A stretch of DNA of 15,763 bases from Candidatus Methylomirabilia bacterium (GCA_041492755.1 JBGPXN010000100.1:1-15763), one strand, 5' to 3'. Positions 7,753-15,763 are shown, counted from the stretch's first letter. Numbers and translations: made by a program. The notes: a model not told the origin generated them from the letters alone.

Positions 7753-8679
7753 ATGACGGACGCTCGCGACTACCGTGTACTCCAGGTCGACGTGTTCACC
7801 GAGGAGATCCTCACCGGCAACTATCTCGCCGTGGTGCTCGACGCCGCCGGGCTCACCGACGGCGAGATGCAGGCGATCGCGCGGGAGATGAACCTGTCCG
7901 AGACGACGTTCGTGTTGGCGCCGACGCGCGCCGACTGCGCGGCACGGGTGCGGATCTTCACGCCCTCGCGCGAGCTGGCGTTCGCCGGACATCCGACGGT
8001 CGGGACGGCGTGGGTGCTCGCCCACGAGGGCCGCGTGCCGCGCGGAGCCACGCGGTTCTTCCTGGAAGAAGGCATCGGGCCCGTCGAGGTCGAGCTCGAG
8101 GGCGACCCGGCGTCGCCGAAGTTCCTCTGGATGCGCCACCGCGATGCAGCGTTCGGTCCGGCGCGGCAGGACCGCGCGGCGGTCGCCCGCGCGCTCGGCC
8201 TCACCGAGCGCGACCTGCTCGCGGACGTCCCGATCGAGCCCGGCTCCACGGGGAACGAATTCCTCTACGTCCCCCTGCGCGACGCCGCCACCGTCGATCG
8301 CGTGGCCGTCGACCCGCGCGCGCTCGCCGACGTGGCGGGTCCGGACAGCGTCGGCGTGTTCGTCCTGGCGCCAGATCGCGGGACGCCGCGCGTGTACTCA
8401 CGGATGTTCGCGCCGCACAACGGCATCGCGGAAGATCCGGCCACGGGCTCGGCGAGCGGCGCGCTCGGTGCGTACCTCGTGCGCCATGGTCTCGTGCCAG
8501 CCGCCGGGGACGTCCGGATCATCAGCGAGCAGGGTACGAAGATGGGACGCCGGAGCCTCGTGCACATCCGGCTTCGCATGCGGGACGGCCGTCCGACGGA
8601 CATCGCCATCGGCGGCAGCGTGGTGCCCGTTCTCGACGGCCGCTTGCGCCTGCCCGCGGCCACCGGCGCGCCAGGCTAA
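7753..8679 (+). CDS. PhzF family isomerase/epimerase
   Basis: QVDVFT, GNYLAVV, MQAIAREMNLSETTF, RIFTPSRELAFAGHPTVG, EDPATGSA, EQGTKMGRRS. Start trimmed from the track's 7489. Confidence 0.93.
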   Translation: MTDARDYRVLQVDVFTEEILTGNYLAVVLDAAGLTDGEMQAIAREMNLSETTFVLAPTRADCAARVRIFTPSRELAFAGHPTVGTAWVLAHEGRVPRGATRFFLEEGIGPVEVELEGDPASPKFLWMRHRDAAFGPARQDRAAVARALGLTERDLLADVPIEPGSTGNEFLYVPLRDAATVDRVAVDPRALADVAGPDSVGVFVLAPDRGTPRVYSRMFAPHNGIAEDPATGSASGALGAYLVRHGLVPAAGDVRIISEQGTKMGRRSLVHIRLRMRDGRPTDIAIGGSVVPVLDGRLRLPAATGAPG

Positions 8680-8847
8680 CCGCCACTCCCGGCGCGGGCT
8701 GCGAGGATCGGGACGCCGCCGTCTGGCAGGGGGACGAGCACACGCGGGTCGCTCGCGAGGCGCGAAGAGGCTACCATGGCCCCCGACCAGCGCGCCCCAT
8801 GACGGACACGGCGGGGTTGCCGCCGATGCGCCGGGGAGGATTGACCC

Positions 8848-9609
8848 ATGGCTCCCGACTTCGCGTCGATCGCCCGCTCGCTCCAGGAAGACCTCGGGCT
8901 GGCGCAGCCGCCCGTCGCCATCTGCCTTACCGACGCGCCGCCGCTCGGCGTGCCCGCTTTCACCGGCCGGGTGCCCGCGGGCTGCCGGTTCTGGCAGGAG
9001 GCGGCGACGCGCACGTTCGTCACCGCGCCGCGCGATCACGATCTCTGCGCGATCGGCACGTTCACCCACAACCTCGAGGGCACGGCCGCGCACGAGGCCG
9101 ATCGCGCCGACGCGCTCGCCGTCTTCGCCCAGCTCGGCTACGTGAAACCCGAGGACATCCCGCTCATCCCGGTGCTCGAGCGCCGGCCCCGCTACGTCGT
9201 GTACGGGCCGCTCGCGGAGGCGCCGCTACCGCCCGACGTGGTGCTCCTGTTCGTCCGAGCCGATCAGACGCTGATCCTCTCCGAGGCATCGCAGTCGCTC
9301 GAGCGAGGATTGCCGCCGGCCATGGGGCGCCCGGCGTGCGCGATCGTTCCCCAGGCCAAGAACACGGGGCGGAGCGCGCTCAGTCTCGGCTGCTGTGGGG
9401 CGCGTGCTTACCTCGACACGCTGACGGACGACGTCGCGCTCTACGCCATTCCGGGCGCACGGCTGGCCGAGTACGCCACCCGTGTGAGCGAGCTGGCCCG
9501 CGCCAACGCCACCCTCACGACCTTCCACACCATCCGCCGCCGTGACGTCGAGCGCGGCCTCGCTCCGACGATCAAGGAGTCGCTGGCGGCGATGAAAGCC
9601 GGGACGTAG
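8848..9609 (+). CDS. DUF169-like Cys-rich uncharacterised protein
   Basis: L...LGL..PPVAI, GCRFWQEA, DHDLCAIG, PDVVLLF, RPACA, SLGCCGAR fit my recollection of DUF169; SD GGGAGG upstream. Confidence 0.75.
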   Translation: MAPDFASIARSLQEDLGLAQPPVAICLTDAPPLGVPAFTGRVPAGCRFWQEAATRTFVTAPRDHDLCAIGTFTHNLEGTAAHEADRADALAVFAQLGYVKPEDIPLIPVLERRPRYVVYGPLAEAPLPPDVVLLFVRADQTLILSEASQSLERGLPPAMGRPACAIVPQAKNTGRSALSLGCCGARAYLDTLTDDVALYAIPGARLAEYATRVSELARANATLTTFHTIRRRDVERGLAPTIKESLAAMKAGT

Positions 9610-9693
9610 GGGCTCAGGCGGCTCGGTCGAGACGGCAGGCCAGTCGCATCACGGCGACCTGATCGCGTGGTAGTCACTTCGGCGCCCGCCTCC

Positions 9694-9752
9694 GTCGTCC
9701 CGATCACGCCGAGTGGCGGCTGATTGGCGGCCGCTGGTGTGATCGGGTCGAC
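9694..9752. repeat. Long imperfect intergenic inverted repeat (hairpin)
   Basis: GTCG-T-CCCGATCACGCC (9694-9710) pairs with GGTGTGATCGGG-T-CGAC (9736-9752). Inner pairing is AGTGGC/GCCGCT and GCT/GGC around a GATT loop. Confidence 0.7.
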
Positions 9753-9811
9753 TGAAAAAGCAGACGCTGGTTCGGCGCGGCCGCGGCTTTCGGGTACAAT
9801 TCGGCTCTTCC

Positions 9812-10858
9812 ATGACCATCGCCTGGGACGGAAACCGCGCGGCGCTGCCCTCAATTGCACACGCGGTGGGACGCACGCCGCTCGTGAGACTCACGCGGGT
9901 TACCGACGGCGTCGCGCCCGCCGTGTACGTGAAGCTCGAGTGGTACGGACCCTCCGGCAGCCTCAAGGACCGGATCTACCTGCACATGTTCGCGCGCGCC
10001 GAGGAGCGCGGCGAGCTCCGACCCGGCATGCGCGTGCTGGAGTGCTCCACGGGCAACGCCGGTATCGCGTGCGCGTTCGTGTCGGCCGTCAAGGGATACC
10101 CGTGCACGATCGTGATGCCCGAGGGCATGAGCGAGGAGCGGAAGAAGATCATGCGGGCCTACGGCGCCGATCTCGTCTTCACGCCCGGCGGCGAAAGCGA
10201 CGTCGACCTGTCGCTCCAGCGTCTGGACGAGATCCGTGCCACTGATCCGGGCCGCTACTGGGTGCCCGGACAGTTCGCGAACGCCGACAACATCGAAGCG
10301 CATTACCAGACCACCGGGCCCGAGATCTGGGAGCAGGCCGGCGCCGCCGTCGGGGCGTTCGTGGCCTCGCAGGGCAGCGGCGGCACGCTGACCGGCGTCG
10401 GGCGGTACCTGCGCGAGCGCGAGGCCGGCGTCCGGCTCTACGCGGTGGAGCCCGAAGAATGCGCGCTGCTGGCCCGGCGCGAGTGGGGCCCGCACGGCAT
10501 CGAGGGCATCGGCGACGGCTTCATCCCCGAGAACCTCGACGTCGCCATCCTCACCGGCGTGATCACGATGACGACTGAGGAGAGCCTCGGCATGGCGCGG
10601 CGGCTGGCCCGCGAGGAGGGCATCTTCTGCGGCGTGTCCACCGGCTGCAACGTCGCGGCGGCGCTGAAGCTGGCGCGCCGCCACCCGGAGCTGCGCTCCA
10701 TCGTCACCATGGTCAACGACACCGGCCAGCGCTACTTCAGCACGCCGCTGTGCGGCGAGGCCAAGCACGTGGACGTGCCCGAGCGCGAGCACCCGATGGA
10801 CGCACGCACGCGCGCGCATCTCGACCGGTACCAGAAAGCCTGGGAGATCCTCGCGTGA
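9812..10858 (+). CDS. PLP-dependent cysteine synthase-like (CysK/CysM family, fold type II) enzyme
   Basis: VGRTPLVRL, VKLEWYGPSGSLKDR (PLP Lys), ECSTGNAG, QFANADN, TTGPEIW, GSGGT, HGIEGIG. Perfect -10-like TACAAT at 9795-9800. Confidence 0.9.
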   Translation: MTIAWDGNRAALPSIAHAVGRTPLVRLTRVTDGVAPAVYVKLEWYGPSGSLKDRIYLHMFARAEERGELRPGMRVLECSTGNAGIACAFVSAVKGYPCTIVMPEGMSEERKKIMRAYGADLVFTPGGESDVDLSLQRLDEIRATDPGRYWVPGQFANADNIEAHYQTTGPEIWEQAGAAVGAFVASQGSGGTLTGVGRYLREREAGVRLYAVEPEECALLARREWGPHGIEGIGDGFIPENLDVAILTGVITMTTEESLGMARRLAREEGIFCGVSTGCNVAAALKLARRHPELRSIVTMVNDTGQRYFSTPLCGEAKHVDVPEREHPMDARTRAHLDRYQKAWEILA

Positions 10859-10900
10859 CGGCCGGGAACGTGCGGGCGTGACGACGTCCGAGAGTCTCGC

Positions 10901-11860
10901 GTGAACGCGGCCGAGTACGACTTCATCGCCGCCCGGCGGCGCCTGGAGGCCAAGGGCAAGTCGGCGGGCGAGAAGCTCACGAGCGTCGACGACGCCGCCC
11001 GGCGCGTCCACGACGGCGACGTCGTGGCCGTGGGCGGCTGCCTGTTCTCGCGCACGCCCATGGCGCTGGTGCGCGAGATCCTCCGCCAGCGCCGGCGCCG
11101 CCTCACGCTCGTGCGCAACCTCATGTGCACCGAGGGCGAGTTCATGATGGTGGCCGGCGCCGCCGAGCGCGTGATGACGGCGTGGATGTCGATCGGCCTG
11201 CCGTGGGGCGTGTCCAAGATCATGCGGGAGTTCGTGGAAGGCGGAAAGGTCGCGATGGAGGAGTGGAGCCACCTGGCCCTCGGCCTGCGCTTCCGCGCGG
11301 CCGCCATGGGTGTGCCGTTCCTGCCCACGCTCACCATGCTCGGCTCCGATCTCGTCGGCGTCGGCGGCATGAAAACCGTGCAGGACCCGTACACCGGCCA
11401 GACGCTGGGCGCGGTCCCCGCCCTGTTCCCCCAGGTCGCGATCCTCCACGTCCACCGCGCCGATCGCTTCGGCAACTGCCAGATCGACGGCTACCCGCAC
11501 ATGGATGCCGACATCGCCCGCGCGGCGACCACCGTGCTGGTGACGGCGGAGGAGATCGTCCCGGAGTCGGTGATCCGGCGCCACTCGGACCGCACCGTCA
11601 TCCCCGGCTTCGTGGTCGACGCGCTGGTGCACGCCCCCTTCGGCTCGTTCCCGCACGAATGCTACGGCCTGTACGAGGCCGACTACGATCATTTCGACGA
11701 ATACGTGCGCGCCATCGACGCGAACGGCAGCCGCGCGGTGGAGCAGTACCTCGCGCGCTACGTGTACGAGCCCCCGTCGTTCGCCGACTATCTCGACCTG
11801 TTCGGCGGCGAGCGGCTGGCGCGCCAGCAGGCGCGCGCGCGCGAGCTGACGGAGGCGTGA
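10901..11860 (+). CDS. Family I CoA-transferase alpha subunit (glutaconate CoA-transferase GctA/CatI-like)
   Basis: VHDGDVVAVGG, RTPMALVREI, EEWSH, RFRAAAMGVPFLP, GSDL, HVHRADRFGN, PFGSFPHECYG. Confidence 0.9.
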   Translation: MNAAEYDFIAARRRLEAKGKSAGEKLTSVDDAARRVHDGDVVAVGGCLFSRTPMALVREILRQRRRRLTLVRNLMCTEGEFMMVAGAAERVMTAWMSIGLPWGVSKIMREFVEGGKVAMEEWSHLALGLRFRAAAMGVPFLPTLTMLGSDLVGVGGMKTVQDPYTGQTLGAVPALFPQVAILHVHRADRFGNCQIDGYPHMDADIARAATTVLVTAEEIVPESVIRRHSDRTVIPGFVVDALVHAPFGSFPHECYGLYEADYDHFDEYVRAIDANGSRAVEQYLARYVYEPPSFADYLDLFGGERLARQQARARELTEA

Positions 11861-12633
11861 TGCCCAGCACCACCGTAACCTCCGCCGAGCTGCTCGCGGT
11901 GATGGGCGCCCGCCAGCTCCGGGACGACACGACCGTCTTCGCCGGCGTGGGGGTGCCGCTACTCGCCGCCGCGCTGGCCCAACAGCGCCACGCGCCCCAG
12001 CTCACCCTGGTGATCGAGGGCGGGATCATCGGGCCGCGCATCAAGCCGGGGCGCCTGCCCATCTCCACCAACGAGATGCGTACGGCCTACCGGGCGTCGA
12101 TGCTCCCCGGGATCACCGACGCGTTCCTTCTCGCCCAGCGCGGCTTTCTCGACTACGGCTTCATGGGCGGCGCGCAGATCGACGCCTTCGGCAACATCAA
12201 CACCAGCACGCTGGGCGCGGACTACTGGCGACCAAGAGTCCGGCTGCCGGGGACGGGCGGCGCCAACGACATCATCTCGCTCTGCCGTGAAGTCATCATC
12301 CTCACCGCCCACGAGAAGCGCCGGTTCGTGCCCAAGGTCGACTTCATCACCAGCCCGGGCTGGCTGGACGGCGACGGCTCGCGCCGGCGGGCCGGGCTGC
12401 TCTTCGGCGGCGTCTCCCGTGTCGTCACCACCCTCGGTATCCTCGGCTTCGATGGGGAGAGCCGGCGCATGCGCATCGAGGCCACCCATCCCGGCGTGAG
12501 CGTGGAGCAGATCCGCGAGAACACCGGGTTCCCGCTGGAGGAGGCCGCGACGGTGACGGTGACCGAGCCGCCCACGGACGACGAGCTGGCCATGCTGCGC
12601 GCCTTCGATCCCGATCGGAGGTTCCTGGGCTGA
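11860..12633 (+). CDS. Family I CoA-transferase beta subunit (GctB/CatJ-like)
   Basis: FAGVGVP, LVIEGG (catalytic Glu position), GFMGGAQIDAFGNIN, RLPGTGGAND, VDFITSPG, HPGVS...ENTGF. TGATG coupling, with SD GGAGG at 11851-11855. Confidence 0.9.
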   Translation: MPSTTVTSAELLAVMGARQLRDDTTVFAGVGVPLLAAALAQQRHAPQLTLVIEGGIIGPRIKPGRLPISTNEMRTAYRASMLPGITDAFLLAQRGFLDYGFMGGAQIDAFGNINTSTLGADYWRPRVRLPGTGGANDIISLCREVIILTAHEKRRFVPKVDFITSPGWLDGDGSRRRAGLLFGGVSRVVTTLGILGFDGESRRMRIEATHPGVSVEQIRENTGFPLEEAATVTVTEPPTDDELAMLRAFDPDRRFLG

Positions 12634-13574
12634 TGGCCGTCGATTTCGGACTGGCGCTGAAGAACTTCGTGGGCCCCGGCGAGGCGCCGGACGTCGCCGG
12701 CCTGCTCGCGTACGCCGAGCGCGCCGAGGCGCTCGGCTTCGAGTCGCTGTGGGCGTGGGATCACGTCATCCTCGGCGTCGAGCCCGCGTTCCCGATCCTC
12801 GATGCGGTGGGCACCCTCACCGCCATCGCGGCGCGCACCCGGCGGATCCGGCTCGGTACCGGCGTTCTCGTGTTGCCCCTGCGCAACCCGACGATCGCGG
12901 CCAAGGTGCTGGGGACGCTCGACGTCATTTCGGGGGGCCGGCTGATCCTGGGCGCCGCGGCCGGTTGGTACGCGCGTGAGTTCGACGCCGTCGGCGTGCC
13001 GTTTCGGCAGCGCGGGCGGCTGTTCGAGCGGAACCTCGAGATCCTCACGCGTCTGTGGACCGAGGCGCGCGTGACGTTGAAGGTCGACGAGTTCAACCTG
13101 CGCGAGGCGGTCATGGCACCACGCCCGGTCCAGCAGCCGCGCCCACCGATCTTGATCGGCGGCTACGTGGACGCGGTGCTGCGTCGCGCCGCCACCCTCG
13201 GCGACGGGTGGTTGACGTACTTCTACACGCCGGAGAGCTTCCGCCGCTCGTGGGACAAGGTGCTCGCCTTCGCGCGCGAGGCCGGCCGCGATCCTTCCAC
13301 GATCACGGCCACCAACCAGCTCGCGATCTACGTCGGTCGCTCGCGCGCGGAGACGACCGAGGCGATGCGACACTGGCTGCGGACGGAGTGGGACGTGGCC
13401 GCCTGGAGCGAGTCGACCATCGACCATGCGATCCACGGCACCGTGGACGAGTGCGTGGCCCAGCTCCGCGCCCACGTGGACAGCGGCGTCCACCGGATCA
13501 TCCTGATCCCGTATCGCTACCAGCGCGAACAGGTCGAGATCATCGCCCGCGACGTCCTCCCCCGGCTGCGATGA
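12633..13574 (+). CDS. Luciferase-like (LLM) flavin/F420-dependent oxidoreductase
   Basis: AEALGFESLWAWDH, IRLGTGVLVLPLRNP, LDVISGGRLILG, PRPVQQPRPPILIGG, RAATLGDGW; TGATG overlap with the beta subunit. Confidence 0.92.
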   Translation: MAVDFGLALKNFVGPGEAPDVAGLLAYAERAEALGFESLWAWDHVILGVEPAFPILDAVGTLTAIAARTRRIRLGTGVLVLPLRNPTIAAKVLGTLDVISGGRLILGAAAGWYAREFDAVGVPFRQRGRLFERNLEILTRLWTEARVTLKVDEFNLREAVMAPRPVQQPRPPILIGGYVDAVLRRAATLGDGWLTYFYTPESFRRSWDKVLAFAREAGRDPSTITATNQLAIYVGRSRAETTEAMRHWLRTEWDVAAWSESTIDHAIHGTVDECVAQLRAHVDSGVHRIILIPYRYQREQVEIIARDVLPRLR

Positions 13575-13610
13575 ACCCCGCCGGAGCCGCGAGGACGAGC
13601 CCTGCCGCGC

Positions 13611-14288
13611 GTGACTGATCGCGCCGACACGTTCGAACGGGTCTTGCGCCTGGAGCCCGGGCGGACGGCGCTCGTCGTCGTGGACATGCAGCGCGGGTTC
13701 CTGGACCCGGGCGAGGCGATGGAAGTCCCGCCGGCGCGGGAGATCGTGCCGCGGGTGGCCGCGCTCATCGCGCTGTTCCGGCGCCGGCGATTGCCCGTCG
13801 TCTTCCCGGAGTTCGTCTATTCGCCGCGCGCGCCCCTGCTCGTCGGCGAGCTGCATCCCGAGCACCGACCGGCCCCGCCGGGCGGGCCGACCGGCTTCGG
13901 CCGGCCGTCGTCATCGTGCCTGGAGGGTCATCCCAGCGCCGACACCGTCCCCGAGCTGGCCCCGCGCGCGGACGAGCTGGTCGTGCGCAAGCACTGGTAC
14001 GATGCCTTTGCGGGCACCGTGCTCGACGGCGCGCTCCGGGCCCGCGGGGTCACCTCGCTGGTGATCACCGGCACCATGACGGACATTTGCGTGCTGGCCA
14101 CCGTGACAGGCGCGTTCAACCGCGAGTACCGGATCACCGTGGTGGAAGATGGAGTGGCCACGCTGTGGCCGGAGATCCAGCAGGCCACGCTCGACATCAT
14201 CGGGCGCGCCTACGGCCGCATCGTGGCCGCCAAGACCATCGCGGACACCATCGCCGCCTGGGGTGAAGTCGCCGGGAAGGGAGCCTGA
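13611..14288 (+). CDS. Isochorismatase-family cysteine hydrolase (amidase)
   Basis: Asp-Lys-Cys triad in ALVVVDMQRGF, RKHWYDAF and GTMTDICV. Confidence 0.92.
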   Translation: MTDRADTFERVLRLEPGRTALVVVDMQRGFLDPGEAMEVPPAREIVPRVAALIALFRRRRLPVVFPEFVYSPRAPLLVGELHPEHRPAPPGGPTGFGRPSSSCLEGHPSADTVPELAPRADELVVRKHWYDAFAGTVLDGALRARGVTSLVITGTMTDICVLATVTGAFNREYRITVVEDGVATLWPEIQQATLDIIGRAYGRIVAAKTIADTIAAWGEVAGKGA

Positions 14289-14289
14289 C

Positions 14290-15225
14290 ATGCGCGAGCC
14301 ACTGCGTTTCTCCGGAGTGATGCCCGCCAACATCCTGCCGTTCACGGCCGACCTCGCGATCGACGAGCCGGCGTATCGGCGCCACCTGCGCTGGCTGGCC
14401 GACACGCCCGGCGTGACCGGCATCGTCGCCAACGGCCATGCCGCCGAGGTGTCGTCGCTGACGCGCGACGAGCGCCAGCGCGCGCTCGCCATCGCGGTCG
14501 AGGAAGTGGGTGGCCGCTGCTCGATCGTGGCCGGCGTGTACTCCGACGGCACGCGCGAGGCCGTCGAGCTCGCCCGCGACGCCAAGGCGCTCGGCGCGGC
14601 CGGCGTGCTCGTGTTCCCTCCGACCCTGTTCATGTGGGGCGCGCAGGTCAAGCCGGAGATGGTGCTGCGCCACTTCTCGGAGATCGCGGCGGGCGCCGAT
14701 CTGCCGATCGTGGTGTTCGAGTACCCGCCGGCCTCCGGCATCGGCTACAGTCCGGACACGCTCGCGGCGCTGACCGCGATTCCCCAGGTGGCGGCGGTGA
14801 AGGACTGGTCCAACGACATCGTCGCCTTCGAGCAGAACCTCCGCGCCTTGCGCGCGACGGGCCGGCCGGTCGCGATGCTCTCGGCCTTCACGATGTCGCT
14901 GATGGCGTCCTTCCTGCTCGGCGCCGACGGCGCGATCTCGGGCATGGGCAGCGTGACGGCCGATCTCCAGGCCGAGCTGTTCGCCGCCTGCCAGAAGGGC
15001 GACCTCGACGGCGCCCGCCGGCTCAACGACCGTCTGGCGGCGCTCGTGCGCGTGTTCTACGCGCCGCCGTTCGTGGACATGCACAACCGGATGAAGGAGG
15101 CCCTCGTCCTTCTCGGCCGCATCCCGGCCGCCCACGTGCGCCCTCCGCTCACGCCGGTGAGCGAGGCTGAGCGGGCCGCCATCCGCCGGGCACTGACCGC
15201 CGCCGGCCTTCCGCCCGTCCGCTGA
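14290..15225 (+). CDS. DHDPS/N-acetylneuraminate lyase family class I aldolase/dehydratase (non-canonical)
   Basis: LPFTADLAID, GIVANGHAAEV, GAAGVLVFPP, AAVKDWS (Schiff-base Lys), GADGAISG, VRPPL. ATG 14290 follows SD AAGGGAG. Confidence 0.9.
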   Translation: MREPLRFSGVMPANILPFTADLAIDEPAYRRHLRWLADTPGVTGIVANGHAAEVSSLTRDERQRALAIAVEEVGGRCSIVAGVYSDGTREAVELARDAKALGAAGVLVFPPTLFMWGAQVKPEMVLRHFSEIAAGADLPIVVFEYPPASGIGYSPDTLAALTAIPQVAAVKDWSNDIVAFEQNLRALRATGRPVAMLSAFTMSLMASFLLGADGAISGMGSVTADLQAELFAACQKGDLDGARRLNDRLAALVRVFYAPPFVDMHNRMKEALVLLGRIPAAHVRPPLTPVSEAERAAIRRALTAAGLPPVR

Positions 15226-15272
15226 GCACGCTCACCGGACGGGGGAACGACCACGCCCGCGCCCGGGACCCC

Positions 15273-15301
15273 TTGCGTCATTTCGGCGGTTCGTGTAGAT
15301 A
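15273..15301 (+). promoter_or_regulatory. Possible sigma70 promoter for the ABC transporter gene
   Basis: TTGCGT (15273-15278), 17 nt spacer, TAGATA (15296-15301); the -10 lacks the final T. Confidence 0.35.
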
Positions 15302-15383
15302 GGAAGCCACTTTCCGTCACCCCTGATTGCCCCGGTCGTGGGCATGTCTGCGCCTCCCGTGGGCACATGAAGGAGGAACACTG

Positions 15384-15763
15384 ATGGCCGAGCGATGGCA
15401 TGACGAACCCTGGGCTAAGGACATGTGGTGGAGCGGCAAGACGACCCGCCGGCGCTTCCTGGGAATCTCGGCGGCGACCGCGGGCGCCCTGGGCGCGACC
15501 ATGCTGGTCCCCGCTCCCTGGCGTGAGGCCTTCGGGCAGGCCAAGCCGTACAAGGTCGGCGTGCTGCAGCCGCTCACGGGCGTCGCAGCGGCGGGTGGCA
15601 AGACCGCGCTCGTCGGCACGCAACTGGCCACCGACCGCATCAACAAGGCCGGCGGCATCAACGGCCGGCCGGTCGAGCTGGTGGTGGCCGATTACGAGTC
15701 CAAGCCGGACGTCGGCCGCCGCAAGGCCGAGAAGCTGGTCGTCGAGGACAAGGTCGACGTCGG
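15384..15763 (+). CDS. ABC transporter substrate-binding protein, LivJ/branched-chain amino acid type, with Tat signal (partial)
   Basis: Not in the track because no stop lies in the window. SD AGGAGG 15371-15376, ATG 15384: MAERWHDEPWAKDMWWSGKTTRRRFLG...YKVGVLQPLTG...INKAGGINGRPVELVVADYESKP...AEKLVVEDKVDV. Confidence 0.9.
   Translation, partial: MAERWHDEPWAKDMWWSGKTTRRRFLGISAATAGALGATMLVPAPWREAFGQAKPYKVGVLQPLTGVAAAGGKTALVGTQLATDRINKAGGINGRPVELVVADYESKPDVGRRKAEKLVVEDKVDV

Noticed and set aside
7753..8679. Phenazine biosynthesis cluster (PhzF-like plus PhzD-like isochorismatase)
   Set aside because: No phzA/B, phzE or phzG; the two genes are ~5 kb apart in separate units; the hydrolase keeps the amidase Cys.
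471..15661. Long antisense and alternate-frame ORFs in the track (e.g. 9851-11692 -, 7608-9545 +, 12222-13865 -, 3059-4399 -)
   Set aside because: They overlap well-supported genes, are Arg/Gly/Ala/Pro-rich without motifs, and are expected shadows of high-GC codon bias.

Overview
High-GC bacterial window (roughly 70% by eye). Style and gene content are compatible with a lineage such as Candidatus Rokubacteria, but that is only an impression. Almost all genes are on the + strand. (1) At the left edge is the 5' end of a minus-strand membrane sensor-like gene, preceded by a near-consensus sigma54 promoter and divergent from ffh. (2) The conserved cluster ffh-rpsP-rimM-trmD-rplS-rnhB...yraN follows. 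Between rnhB and yraN sits a two-gene cassette with its own promoter and a structured leader: a 6-TM class III adenylate cyclase whose stop overlaps the start of a PPi-type phosphofructokinase. (3) Next come a PhzF-family isomerase and a Cys-rich DUF169-like protein. (4) A compact, apparently uncharacterised metabolic cluster encodes a CysK-like PLP enzyme, a two-subunit CoA-transferase, an LLM oxidoreductase, an isochorismatase-family hydrolase and a non-canonical DHDPS-family lyase, followed by the start of a Tat-exported ABC substrate-binding protein. The best candidates for new biology are the cyclase/PPi-PFK cassette and the orphan pathway. I saw no rRNA, tRNA, CRISPR or mobile element. 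All assignments come from motif recognition by eye; no searches were run.
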